A stretch of DNA of 64,000 nucleotides from the NCBI GenBank assembly GCA_963996245.1, contig CAXEIY010000203.1, positions 174 to 64,173 of the forward strand, given 5' to 3'. The notes below the pieces were generated by a model. The model had not been told where the DNA came from and ran no database searches. It saw only the letters and a list, made by a program, of their open reading frames with translations. Shown one piece after another: positions 37,861-48,344 of the stretch. The DNA comes from an uncultured Planctomycetia bacterium. Its GTDB lineage: Bacteria; Planctomycetota; Planctomycetia; CAXEIY01. A program made the position numbers and the translations under genes. Positions within the stretch are counted from its first letter, which is position 1; every line of letters starts with the position of its first letter.

Positions 37861-38178
37861 AAGCTGGACCGCCGCAGCGGGCCTGCGGCACAGGCGGGCC
37901 ATTCCTAGTGAAAGTATATCTCTATATGATCGCTGTTCAAGGAAAAATTTTCCTCGAAAAACACCTTATTCCTAAGCAAAAACCGTATTTCCAGTTCAAT
38001 CGATATAACCATATCCCGCTATCAGAAAATATCCGTTCTATTGGACATAACTATAAATTTCCGCTCTTAAAGGACTCGACCCGAGTATCGACCTTGCATC
38101 CGGGACATTGGTATCTGAAAATAGATTGTCACAATTCTGCCGGATCTATCGTCATTCACTATTGTGAGGCAATTAACC

Positions 38179-40398
38179 ATGCCTGAACGTGCTCTTTTCG
38201 GCGTTCTTTTACTTACATCTGTCAGCTACTGCGTACTAGCCAAAGCAGAAGCAACGGATGGTTCTGAACCTCTGGGCCCCGATGATCTGATTCAGATATC
38301 CGATCGGAATCACTGGGCATTTCAACCCTTGTCAAGACCTGAATTACCTCCCGTTGAACGTACCTCTTGGATACGAACACCCATTGACCAGTTCATACTC
38401 GCACGACTGGAATCCCGTAGATGGTCACCCGCAATCCCGGCTGATACAAATTCTCTTTTAAGACGTATTTATCTTGATCTGATCGGATTACCTCCAACCC
38501 TGCAGGAACAGCGATCCTTCCTGGCAAATCCGTCTCCTGAGTCAGTCGACAAAGTGATCGCTTCGTTGCTAAACCGTCCGGGATACGGCGAACGATGGGG
38601 CCGACACTGGCTGGACCTGGTTCGTTTTGCAGAAACCAACGGTTATGAACGGGATGGAACCAAGCCCTCCGCATGGCGGTATCGGGATTATGTGATCCGT
38701 GCTTTCAACGAGGACAAACCTTTTGATCGTTTTGTGGTGGAACAACTTGCTGGAGATGAACTCGCCGACACGGATCGGGAAACCATGGTTGCAACAACCT
38801 ATTACCGGCTTGGGCCATGGGATGATGAACCCGCTGATCCACAACAAGATCGGTTTGACCAACTCGACGATATGGTACGTACCACTTCGCAGGTATTTCT
38901 CGGTTTAACGATGGGATGTGCCCGATGTCATAACCACAAATTTGAAGCAATCTCCATGCATGACTACTACCGTATGGTAGCTATTTTCAACACTCTTAAA
39001 CGACCACAAAGCGGACGAACAGAACTGGACGTTCCGGTTGGCACACAACAGGAAAGGGAGGAACTACAGTGGCGGGACCAATTGATTCAAAAGATAGAAA
39101 TGCAAAAACAACAACTCATTCGGAACCGACTGACAACCTGGATGGAACAACAACCCGATCCATCTGACCCAGACCTTCCTACCGCTTTACGTACTCAAAC
39201 TGGCAAACGGACCGCTGAACAGAAACAACTTATTACGAAGTATGCTGAGTCCGCCCTTTCAGACAAAGATAAAAAACGTTTGTCGGACTGGGACTCAGCC
39301 ATTGAGGCCCTTCGGAAAGCAACAGAAGATCTACCTCTGGCGTACGTAATGCAGGAATTGTCACCCATACCTCCAAAAACACATCTTCTAATGCGTGGTC
39401 GTGCCAGCACCCCTGGACCTGTAGTTCAGGCAGGCTTTCCAGCCGTACTGGTATCTCGACAACCGACTTTTGATACTGACACTGAACATACCAGCCTGCA
39501 ACGAAAAACTCTCGCTGACTGGATTGCCAGTCCTTCCAACCCGCTTACCGCCCGGGTGATGGTTAATCGTGTATGGCAATATCATTTTGGAGAAGGGCTG
39601 GTGCGAACACCCAGCGACTTCGGTCGGGCAGGACAGCCACCTACCCACCCCCATCTACTCAACTGGCTAGCCCACTGGTTTGTCCACGATGCAAACTGGT
39701 CTCTCAAGAAACTTCATACCCTCATTATGGCAAGTAATGCTTATCGAATGAACAAAACCGGTAATCCGGAATATCGTGCTGATGACGTTGAGAACCGACT
39801 ACTGTGGCGATTTCCTTATCGCCGACTCGACGCCGAAACATTACGTGATTCCATGCTCGCAATAAGTGGTAAACTAAATCGAAAAATGTATGGACCGAGC
39901 ATGTATCCGTTTGTTCCCAAAGATGCCAGGAGCGGACACAGCGATCCGGACAAGATATGGAAAGCTTTTGATGAAAAGGAAGCATCTCGAAGAACGATCT
40001 ATTCTTTTGTCAAACGATCGCTCATTGTCCCGTTACTGGAAGTACTCGATTTTTGTGATACCACTCAAAGTACAGAACAGCGACTGGTTACCAGTGTTAC
40101 CCCTCAGGCACTGATTCTTTTCAACGGCAATTTCGTTAATCGACAAGCACGACATCTGTCCGATCGATTAATCGATCAGGCAGGAGATGACGCCCCTAAC
40201 CAGATTCACCTTGCCTATCAACTGGCCTTGTGTCGCAAACCCACAGCATCCGAAACATCTGTTTTAAGTAAGTTTCTCCAGCGGGAAACGGAATCGCTGC
40301 TTCAGGAGTCGCTGGATATCAAAGAGGCCAAAAAACGGGCATTACAACAGATGTGCCGTGTTATCTTCAACCTCAACGAGTTTGCCTATCCCGACTGA
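38179..40398 (+). CDS. DUF1549/DUF1553 (PSCyt2/PSD1) protein, secreted
   Basis: LLRRIYLDLIGLPPT, GERWGRHWLDLVRFAETNGYE, CARCHNHKFE, NPLTARVMVNRVWQYHFG and a C-terminal FNLNEFAY. Confidence 0.9.
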   Translation: MPERALFGVLLLTSVSYCVLAKAEATDGSEPLGPDDLIQISDRNHWAFQPLSRPELPPVERTSWIRTPIDQFILARLESRRWSPAIPADTNSLLRRIYLDLIGLPPTLQEQRSFLANPSPESVDKVIASLLNRPGYGERWGRHWLDLVRFAETNGYERDGTKPSAWRYRDYVIRAFNEDKPFDRFVVEQLAGDELADTDRETMVATTYYRLGPWDDEPADPQQDRFDQLDDMVRTTSQVFLGLTMGCARCHNHKFEAISMHDYYRMVAIFNTLKRPQSGRTELDVPVGTQQEREELQWRDQLIQKIEMQKQQLIRNRLTTWMEQQPDPSDPDLPTALRTQTGKRTAEQKQLITKYAESALSDKDKKRLSDWDSAIEALRKATEDLPLAYVMQELSPIPPKTHLLMRGRASTPGPVVQAGFPAVLVSRQPTFDTDTEHTSLQRKTLADWIASPSNPLTARVMVNRVWQYHFGEGLVRTPSDFGRAGQPPTHPHLLNWLAHWFVHDANWSLKKLHTLIMASNAYRMNKTGNPEYRADDVENRLLWRFPYRRLDAETLRDSMLAISGKLNRKMYGPSMYPFVPKDARSGHSDPDKIWKAFDEKEASRRTIYSFVKRSLIVPLLEVLDFCDTTQSTEQRLVTSVTPQALILFNGNFVNRQARHLSDRLIDQAGDDAPNQIHLAYQLALCRKPTASETSVLSKFLQRETESLLQESLDIKEAKKRALQQMCRVIFNLNEFAYPD

Positions 40399-40414
40399 AA
40401 TCAGGAAACTATCC

Positions 40415-41899
40415 ATGTCAAATATGACTCAGCGGTTTATTCCAAACCACACACCCTGTGGTCAGACACGTCGGGAATTTCTCTGGGAAACCGGAGGTGG
40501 ATTCGCTGGACTTGCCTTACTGGATCTTCTTTCAGCTGATGGTTTTTTCCCTGAATCTAAAGAGCCTTCCAGCCAAAACAAAAACCAGAACAAGTATTTC
40601 CTCGCCTCTCGAATACCGCATTTTCCCACCCGGGCTAAACACGTTGTTTTCCTTTTCATGAACGGCGCCCCTAGCCAGATTGACACCTTCGATTACAAAC
40701 CGGCCCTGTCACGGTTTGACGGGACCGCCTATCAAGGCGATCTCACTGTCGGGTCGAATGATCGCCCTGTCGGATACCTAATGCAAACTCCCTTTAACTT
40801 CCGCTCTCAGGGTGAAAGTGGTCTGAAAATCAGCAGCCTATACCCACATCTTTCCCAGTATGCGGATGATCTTTGCATTCTTCGTTCCATGCACACCGAC
40901 ACGGCAGCCCATGCCTCTGGATGCCTGCAAATGAACACTGGAAGTGTCTTGTTGGGTAAACCCTGCCTGGGTTCCTGGTTAAGCTATGGATTGGGCACCA
41001 TGAATAACAACCTGCCCAGTTTCGTCGTAATGACAGACCCTCGGGGAGGCCCTATTAGTGGTGCCTCAAACTGGACAGCCGGCTACATGCCAGCACCCTA
41101 CCAGGGTACCTTGTTTCGCAGCCGAGGTACGCCTATCCTGGATCTGGCTACGCCTGCACCGTACAGTCCACGCAGCCAGCGACAGGCACTCGATCTCCTG
41201 AAGTCACTCAACGACCAACATCTCCGATCCCGACAGGACGAATCCGAATTAATCGCCCGGATTAATTCCTATGAACTTGCCTACCGGATGCAAACGTCAG
41301 CGTCGGAAGCGGTCAACCTCGGGCGTGAAAACAAAAGTACGCTCGACATGTATGGTTTAAACAATGAGCTTACCGTTGACTTCGGACGTAAGTGCCTAAT
41401 TACCCGACGGCTTCTGGAACGTGGAGTTCGTTTTGTACAACTCTATTCCGGTGGAGGCCATATCGAAGACACCTGGGATGGTCACACGGATTGTATTAGC
41501 AATCATCGTTTGCACGCAGGGGAAACCGATCAACCGATTGCTGCTTTAATAGCTGATCTGAAGCGGACCGGATTATGGGATGAAACACTGCTGATCTGGG
41601 GTGGAGAATTTGGACGTACTCCAACCAGTGAAGGACGTGGTAAACCAGGGCGCGATCACAACTGGTATGGATTCACCATGTGGCTTGCCGGTGCCGGAGT
41701 AAAGGGTGGACAGGCACTTGGAGCGACCGATGAACTCGGTTTCAAAGCTGTGGAAGATCCTTTTCACGTCTCAGACCTCCACGCTACCATTCTGCACTTG
41801 ATGGGCCTTGATCACACAAAACTAACCTATTTTTACCAAGGACTGGAACAGAAATTAACCGGCACACGCGGTCGAGTGATTACCCAGGCTCTGGCCTGA
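40415..41899 (+). CDS. DUF1501 protein (Tat signal), paired with the upstream DUF1549/DUF1553 gene
   Basis: TRREFLWETGGGFAGLAL and GGEFGRTPTSEGRGKPGRDHN. It starts 16 nt after the upstream stop. Confidence 0.9.
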   Translation: MSNMTQRFIPNHTPCGQTRREFLWETGGGFAGLALLDLLSADGFFPESKEPSSQNKNQNKYFLASRIPHFPTRAKHVVFLFMNGAPSQIDTFDYKPALSRFDGTAYQGDLTVGSNDRPVGYLMQTPFNFRSQGESGLKISSLYPHLSQYADDLCILRSMHTDTAAHASGCLQMNTGSVLLGKPCLGSWLSYGLGTMNNNLPSFVVMTDPRGGPISGASNWTAGYMPAPYQGTLFRSRGTPILDLATPAPYSPRSQRQALDLLKSLNDQHLRSRQDESELIARINSYELAYRMQTSASEAVNLGRENKSTLDMYGLNNELTVDFGRKCLITRRLLERGVRFVQLYSGGGHIEDTWDGHTDCISNHRLHAGETDQPIAALIADLKRTGLWDETLLIWGGEFGRTPTSEGRGKPGRDHNWYGFTMWLAGAGVKGGQALGATDELGFKAVEDPFHVSDLHATILHLMGLDHTKLTYFYQGLEQKLTGTRGRVITQALA

Positions 41900-42029
41900 A
41901 CCACAACGTATTTTGATAACCTGATTGTGGCGACACAGCGCCCTCATTCTGGATAAGCGTCTGAATACATTCACTAATCGTGTAACACAGCTCGATCATC
42001 ATACTCTCAATAAGGCGGTCCCAACCCCT

Positions 42030-43355
42030 ATGGCGCATCGCCATATGCCATTCATTTCTGTTCTTACCGGATTGTTGATGACCGCGGGATTACCACTCGC
42101 ACTGCTCGTCGATACGAGCCTTGCATATGCAGACGGATGGCGAACAACTTCGCGCCTCGATCTTTGCCTGGTGATCGTCATGATCGGTCTGGTATCCATT
42201 ACTTTCGTACTGTTTCAGGTTGCATCACTGCAACACTGGTTTGCAGAAAACAGGCGTGAGCACATGATGCTCCTGATTTCCATTTGCGTTTGTTGGTTAA
42301 TTGTAGAAATCGTCCTGGAATACAGCATTCAGCCACGTTCCCCTGAAACATCGCTGTTGCATCGTCGCTGGCCTCACTTAACCCGCATTTTTACTCCTGA
42401 TCCCGCCATTATGCCAGGTATCGAAGGCAGATCAGAATTCACTACCAATTCCATGGGGATTCGGGGAACGGAACTACCACCCGCAAAGCAGGCCTATCGT
42501 ATTTTGTGTGTGGGAGGAAGTACGACCGAATGCCTTTACTTAGACAATCATGAGACCTGGTCTGCACAGCTTGAAAACATGCTGAACAATTCTTTTGAAA
42601 ATCGGAACTTCTGGGTGGGCAATACAGGTATTGCCGGTTACTCAACCACTCAACATCTGAGTTTCGTACAACGTTCTGAGATCATTACAAAGTTTGATTG
42701 TTTACTCTTCATGATCGGAATTAACGATCTCACTGCGTTTCTTATGTCCCGGGATCGTACCCTCCTCGTACAGCCAAAGCGAGCTCCTGATTTCAGGATA
42801 CCATTCTGGAAACACTCCCGAATCCTCGACTTTTTACGTACTCAGTGGCATCTTTGGAAACACAGTTATGACGTAGAAGATCCAGGCGGAGCCAACTATC
42901 AATTGAGACGGCATATCCGACGAACTTCTCCCAGAACCAACCATCTCCCAGCACACTTCGACATTGCCCTCAGAAATTATCGTACCTCCATCCATCAAAT
43001 CGTAAAGACCTGCATGAACAAGGGCGTGACACCCTTGTTCGCAACGCAACCGGTCCTATGGTCCTCGGAGATGTCTGACGCATCAAAGGATCTTCTCTGG
43101 ATGGGCGCGCTCGAAGAAGGTCGATTTCTGACTGAAACCCGCTTACGTGAGGCGATCGAACTATACAACCGGACGTTACGGGAGTATTGTCAGCAGCATC
43201 AGATCGGATGTATCGATCTTGCTGCCATGGACGGCCAAGAAACGTTCTTCTACGACGACTGTCATTTCAACGAAGCTGGATCACAAATGGTCTCCAGGAT
43301 CATGACAGACTGGTTTAACACGCAATCCTATCCCTATATCCTGTCCGAAGACTAA
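42030..43355 (+). CDS. Membrane-anchored SGNH/GDSL-type hydrolase
   Basis: N-terminal TM helices, then the SGNH blocks ILCVGGSTTEC (block I Ser), LLFMIGINDL (block III) and YDDCHFNEAG (block V DxxH). An alternative upstream start lies at 41925. Confidence 0.75.
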   Translation: MAHRHMPFISVLTGLLMTAGLPLALLVDTSLAYADGWRTTSRLDLCLVIVMIGLVSITFVLFQVASLQHWFAENRREHMMLLISICVCWLIVEIVLEYSIQPRSPETSLLHRRWPHLTRIFTPDPAIMPGIEGRSEFTTNSMGIRGTELPPAKQAYRILCVGGSTTECLYLDNHETWSAQLENMLNNSFENRNFWVGNTGIAGYSTTQHLSFVQRSEIITKFDCLLFMIGINDLTAFLMSRDRTLLVQPKRAPDFRIPFWKHSRILDFLRTQWHLWKHSYDVEDPGGANYQLRRHIRRTSPRTNHLPAHFDIALRNYRTSIHQIVKTCMNKGVTPLFATQPVLWSSEMSDASKDLLWMGALEEGRFLTETRLREAIELYNRTLREYCQQHQIGCIDLAAMDGQETFFYDDCHFNEAGSQMVSRIMTDWFNTQSYPYILSED

Positions 43356-43410
43356 CCACTAATAATCTGTCTCATTACGTTTGTTTTTATAATTCTCCAA
43401 AGGTCATTCA

Positions 43411-44619
43411 ATGAACCACTCTCTGATTCGTCTGACACTTTTGCTCGGATGGTTTTTTTTCTCCTCAGTAAATGGAGAAAACTGGCCTCAGTGGAGAGGT
43501 CCAAACGGTCTAGGGGTTTCAGCCGAGACCAATTTGCCAACTACCTGGGACTCCGGGACAAACGTTCTATGGAATGTTTCTCTTTCGATGCGCAGTCATT
43601 CCTCAGCCGTCACCTGGAAAGAAAAAATATTTGTCACAGGATCCAGTGAAAACGGGAGCAAGCGAATCCTCTTGTGTCTCAATAAAAACGATGGATCGGA
43701 ACTCTGGAAACGCGAGGTCGTTTATGGTGGTGAAGAACCCACCGAAAAGGACAATGGCTATTGCACCGCAACCCCTGTAACCGATGGGAAGCATGTCCTT
43801 GCCTATTATGGTTCAGCCGGCGCTTATTGTTACGATATGAAGGGAACGCTTGTCTGGTCTCATGATTTTGGTGAGTTTTTTCACATCTGGGGTAGCGCGA
43901 CGAGTCCCATAATCGATCAAGGAATCGCTTACCTATACTGTGGGCCGGCATTTGAAGACAGACTCGTTGCCGTCGAAGTGAAAAGCGGGAAGATACTCTG
44001 GGAAAAAAACTATGTAAACGCCGGCTGGAGTACCCCTTTGATGATTTCTGTCGCTCAACACCGTGAACTGGTACTCTGCTCCGCTGGTCGTGTAAAAGCG
44101 TTTAATCCCTTATCCGGTGATTTGCTCTGGTATATACGTGGTCAGAAAAGTATCTCTGTCGCATCACCACTTTGGAACCAAAAGCTTCTTTTTACTCAGA
44201 CGGGTAACCCCAACAAACTGATTGCCATTCGACCAGGAGGAACAAAAAATGTCACCAGCAGTCATATTGAATGGCAAGCATCGGGAGCCCCACACATTCC
44301 ATCCGGTGTGATTTACAACCATTACATTTTCATGGTTAACGGTGACGGAATTGCAGTATGCCTGAATGCCAAAAATGGAGATACGTTGTCACGTCGCAGA
44401 CTTCAAGGTCGATTCCGCTGCTCTCTTGTTGCTGGTGACAACAAACTGTACATCACGAATCGTTCCGGTGAAACCTACGTCCTGAAAGCTACCCCGGAAA
44501 TGACCATTATTGGGATTAATCCCTTACCTGGAATAGATTTTCAGGCCACTCCTGCCCTTGTAGACGGGCGGCTTTACATTCGCGGAGAGGATCAGCTTTA
44601 CTGTGTAGGAAACCGTTGA
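43411..44619 (+). CDS. Secreted PQQ-like beta-propeller repeat protein
   Basis: Signal peptide, then NWPQWRGPNGLGVS. Repeated propeller blades follow, and the protein ends LYIRGEDQLYCVG. Confidence 0.85.
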   Translation: MNHSLIRLTLLLGWFFFSSVNGENWPQWRGPNGLGVSAETNLPTTWDSGTNVLWNVSLSMRSHSSAVTWKEKIFVTGSSENGSKRILLCLNKNDGSELWKREVVYGGEEPTEKDNGYCTATPVTDGKHVLAYYGSAGAYCYDMKGTLVWSHDFGEFFHIWGSATSPIIDQGIAYLYCGPAFEDRLVAVEVKSGKILWEKNYVNAGWSTPLMISVAQHRELVLCSAGRVKAFNPLSGDLLWYIRGQKSISVASPLWNQKLLFTQTGNPNKLIAIRPGGTKNVTSSHIEWQASGAPHIPSGVIYNHYIFMVNGDGIAVCLNAKNGDTLSRRRLQGRFRCSLVAGDNKLYITNRSGETYVLKATPEMTIIGINPLPGIDFQATPALVDGRLYIRGEDQLYCVGNR

Positions 44620-44636
44620 CTTCCTTTCCATGGAGC

Positions 44637-45761
44637 CTAGAAGGAATCCTCAAAACGATATTCGTCATGACAATTTTTACAGGAACGATCCAGTTTTGAA
44701 ATTGTCTCTGAAACCAGATCTTCCGAACGTGCTTTAACCGCACTTAACAGTGCTTCGGCCTGCACAATGAAATCAACGCAAAACTGCTGATAGCCAGCCT
44801 CTTCACTCCACTCGGACGAAATCGCAATCGCCTGACCGAATGCGCGTAATAGGGTTGCCTCATGTTGCAATGTTAACCGATTCTTCCGACTGGAACCGCC
44901 ATCGATTGCGGCCTCCTTAATTGTGATCTCAAAACTTCGGTCCAGTCGTCGCATTAACAATGACAAGTCTACGGTTTCCTGCCAGACCGTATCCCCTGCT
45001 GACTCCAGGCTCTCTTGCTCAAGCTGCACGGGCTTGTCACTCAGCAAACGAACCAGCTTTTTAAAGTGTTGGTTCGTTGTCGTGTAGTTACCCGGACCAA
45101 GGCTGCGGGCTGACTGCCTGACAAGCATTGCCCGATCCCGAACCGCTTTGGATTGTTTTTGCCATTTCAAATTGTATTCGCCTTCCGCTGCGATTGCGGC
45201 CAATATCGCCAGGGTGGCTGCATCTACACGAATGGTACGATAATTCTTGTTGTAGGATTCCAACTGTGCCATTGCACCGGACAATCGACCTTGCAATCTT
45301 CTTACTTCTTCCTCGAGCACATCCAAGGGCAGGTATATCCGCTCAACGGATGTCCGAACGGTCTCTTCAGAAGCTTTCTCTTTTTCTCCTCCTTCCGGAT
45401 CAATCGAATCTGAATTGTTGGAAGATGGTGCGGGCGAGGTTGTGACCTGGGTTGCTAAGCTGGCTGGATTGTCGAAGAAAACAACATCCAAAGGAAAGTC
45501 ATCCCAGACGGCTTTCGGACGGAATACTTCGTATGACGCTCGCTTTTTTGATTCTGTAATCCGCCCAACCTTTTCTGAATTCGGTTGTTCGATCTGATTA
45601 TTACCTTCGACCGGTAACGCCTCAACGGAAACCACTGACTCCTTCTTTTCCACCTTGTCGCAACCCAAAACTAAAACCAGAAACAACATACCGGTCCACC
45701 GAACCGCTTCCCTGACTCGCCCCCTTGGTAGCAGACTGTATCTGTGGTCTTCTCCACTCAT
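44637..45761 (-). CDS. Lipoprotein with a helical domain ending in a C-terminal CxxCH (class II cytochrome c / cytochrome c'-like)
   Basis: The start is chosen at ATG 45761 (MSGEDHRYSLLPRGRVREAVRWTGMLFLVLVLGC, lipobox). The extreme C-terminus reads LDRSCKNCHDEYRFEDSF. The track ORF extends to 45875. Confidence 0.65.
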   Translation of the reverse strand: MSGEDHRYSLLPRGRVREAVRWTGMLFLVLVLGCDKVEKKESVVSVEALPVEGNNQIEQPNSEKVGRITESKKRASYEVFRPKAVWDDFPLDVVFFDNPASLATQVTTSPAPSSNNSDSIDPEGGEKEKASEETVRTSVERIYLPLDVLEEEVRRLQGRLSGAMAQLESYNKNYRTIRVDAATLAILAAIAAEGEYNLKWQKQSKAVRDRAMLVRQSARSLGPGNYTTTNQHFKKLVRLLSDKPVQLEQESLESAGDTVWQETVDLSLLMRRLDRSFEITIKEAAIDGGSSRKNRLTLQHEATLLRAFGQAIAISSEWSEEAGYQQFCVDFIVQAEALLSAVKARSEDLVSETISKLDRSCKNCHDEYRFEDSF

Positions 45762-45904
45762 TGTTTGAAGCCCGATCCATAGCTGGTGACAGGTTTTCAG
45801 AATCATCGGGGTTAAGAAGCCCTTCGTCAGCAACGCTTCTGCCAAACCTATGCCGCTACCCTGAGATGCAATCACGTAGCCGAAAACATTCGTTTCTTGC
45901 GTAG

Positions 45905-46666
45905 TTAATAGGTCGCACGGCCACCGGATATATCATAACACTGGCCTGTTGTAAAACTTGCTTCACGCGAGAGAAGGAAATGTACTAGAGAAGCAATTTC
46001 TTCTATCTTACCTGTCCGACCGACTGGAATTTTGGAAACCATATACTGGACGGTTTCCTCTGCGATGCCATCGAGAATCGGTGTTTGAACCACAGCTGGT
46101 GAAATCGCATTGACTGTAATGTCACCTTTGCCCGCCACCTCCTTAGCCAGCGATTTGGTTAAGGCAATTAATCCTGCCTTCGATGCACTGTATGGCATTA
46201 ACGTGGGATTTCCTTCCTTGCCAGCAATTGAGGCAACATTTACGACTCTGCCATAGCCTCGCTCCAGCATCGCTGGAACCACAGCTTTACACATCAGAAA
46301 AGGGCCTACCAGATTCACCGCCAGAACCTGGTGCATTTCGTCCACCGTTAACTCCCAACTACGCGCCGTTGGACCTGTGATGCCCGCGTTGTTAACCAAC
46401 AAGTCAATGGGACCCAGTTCTTGTTCAACTTGACTGGTAATCCGTTCCACATCTTCCGGTGCTGTTACATCTCCAGAAGTTGCCAAGCCATTAAATTCCT
46501 TGACGGCTTCATCGGCCAAGGAAGCGTTGACGTCGAAAATCGAAACGCGGGCCCCTGCATGGTTCAAACGCCGGGCAATACCCAGTCCAATACCTTGAGC
46601 CGCTCCGGTAACAAGTGCTACTTTATCCTTCAGACAAAAAAACGTTTCCTGATTGTCAGCCAGCAT
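45905..46666 (-). CDS. Short-chain dehydrogenase/reductase (FabG-like)
   Basis: VALVTGAAQGIGLGIARRL, NNAG and YSASKAGL (YxxxK). The ATG at 46666 has a gagga RBS. Confidence 0.9.
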   Translation of the reverse strand: MLADNQETFFCLKDKVALVTGAAQGIGLGIARRLNHAGARVSIFDVNASLADEAVKEFNGLATSGDVTAPEDVERITSQVEQELGPIDLLVNNAGITGPTARSWELTVDEMHQVLAVNLVGPFLMCKAVVPAMLERGYGRVVNVASIAGKEGNPTLMPYSASKAGLIALTKSLAKEVAGKGDITVNAISPAVVQTPILDGIAEETVQYMVSKIPVGRTGKIEEIASLVHFLLSREASFTTGQCYDISGGRATY

Positions 46667-46976
46667 ACAATTATCCTCAACTTCTAGAAGATTGACACCG
46701 TTAGAAGTGTATCGCAACTTGTCTCTGCAGCGTAGATACTTTTCAAGTATTGATACTCAAAATACCTTTCATCACGGGAAGGGGATTAACCCCCTGTAAA
46801 TATTCCCAAACCGATTGATATTCCATTATTAGGTAATTATAAAAACAGCGAAACGAACAGGGTCCATGCAACGGTTCATGACTTTCACATCGGCCAGGAA
46901 AGCCATTCCGCCGTTTTCCGATTTGTCGGTTAAATCTGAATGATCCATTTTCAGATCATCAAAGAAACCTGAAACT

Positions 46977-48026
46977 CTACTCTGGTACAACGGAAATACC
47001 GTGTCTTCGATTGGATAATCCAGCATCCGGTTCCACCACGTTTCCAACCAATGGAATTCTTATTTTTGCCAGGTAAATGCTTGCTCTGCCTTCGTGGGAG
47101 GAATAATAACTCATCCACAACAGTTCTTTGTGCCATACCAATCCCGGGTAACTGCAGTCACCACCACTTGGCAAAGTGATTACCGGTTGGTAGGTGTTAC
47201 GTGTCATGTGGGCAAGCACCTGTGTAGGGTGTTCCCCGTATCGACGCCCCGCAGCCCAGAGCGTACCATCAGGAAGCTGAATGAAATTTGGACCCCCGAT
47301 CTGAATTCCAGAATCTTCCCATTGCCAGTCTATGTAGGGCGGTTGGCTGCTGCCAATCCATGCAGTCTTATTTCTGCGCAAAAGTACGATCATCTCATCT
47401 TTAATAAAACGAATCGTCGCTTCGTTAGGCCAGGCGGGAATAGCTCGAAACTCCGTTATCCAATCCCATTTTCGACCGTCGGTGGTGCGATAGAGCATGA
47501 CTCGCCGGGGATCGCGTCCATTTCCCATCTTTGAGATACTATATCCGTAACCCTTGTGCCAGGTCACGCGCCATAACCAGTGATCTTCCGCTAGCAACTT
47601 TTCGGGATGGGTCCAGATTAGGCCACTGTCTGAAAACGACACATACGGCGTGCGACTTCGATAAATGTTATTGGCATCATAAAAACTGCCTCCCATGATC
47701 AGCATCAGTCTGCCGTTCGGCATAATGGAAAGTTTCGGATCACGTAAATCGATCTTGTCCCGTGTGATCAGTGAGGCCGATTCCCATTTCTTTGCATCCT
47801 TAGAAACCAGTACCCGTACCTTACCAATATCTCCAGCATGCCCCTTACCTTCACGAAAGACACACCACCAGATATTGCGAAACCGGATCAGATCTGTAAA
47901 GGCGTTGTGGGGAGCGTGATCCCAAATTCTTTTAACCGAAACTATCTCTGGACCTGAGGGTAGATCTGAAAAACACGGGTCTAATGTAAAAGCTGACAAA
48001 AACACAGCTAGGAATAGGCGTTTCAT
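46977..48026 (-). CDS. Secreted BNR/Asp-box beta-propeller (sialidase-like fold), function unknown
   Basis: Signal peptide MKRLFLAVFLSAFTL, and Asp-box-like motifs VSKDAKKWE and TTDGRKWDW. Confidence 0.7.
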   Translation of the reverse strand: MKRLFLAVFLSAFTLDPCFSDLPSGPEIVSVKRIWDHAPHNAFTDLIRFRNIWWCVFREGKGHAGDIGKVRVLVSKDAKKWESASLITRDKIDLRDPKLSIMPNGRLMLIMGGSFYDANNIYRSRTPYVSFSDSGLIWTHPEKLLAEDHWLWRVTWHKGYGYSISKMGNGRDPRRVMLYRTTDGRKWDWITEFRAIPAWPNEATIRFIKDEMIVLLRRNKTAWIGSSQPPYIDWQWEDSGIQIGGPNFIQLPDGTLWAAGRRYGEHPTQVLAHMTRNTYQPVITLPSGGDCSYPGLVWHKELLWMSYYSSHEGRASIYLAKIRIPLVGNVVEPDAGLSNRRHGISVVPE

Positions 48027-48344
48027 AGCAACTTCCCCATAATGGCACAGTTAGCCGACCAATCCAGAGAAATGAAAATGCGTAATCAGCATAACAGCAT
48101 ACAGAGATGGAAACCAGCGTCACACAAAGGGTTTAACACCGTGTGCGTATTGAACCGAATAAACAAGCTGGTTAGGATTTTGACGGTTAGGAGTAGTCCC
48201 TTACAAAGCCGATTTGAGTCATCGAACATTACCTGAAAAAGATCTCTTCTCAGTCCCACTATTGACACTCATAACGCCCGACAGCGAGAATGAATTAGCC
48301 GGAAGAAACGTTTTGCTGAAACTCTTTGTATTCGGATTCTGCCT

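Noticed and set aside
43450-43460. A T8 homopolymer inside the signal-peptide coding region of the PQQ-like gene, considered as a possible phase-variation tract.
   Set aside because: It simply encodes Phe-Phe-Phe in a hydrophobic signal peptide. The tract is short, and there is no evidence of slipped-strand variants in a single sequence.
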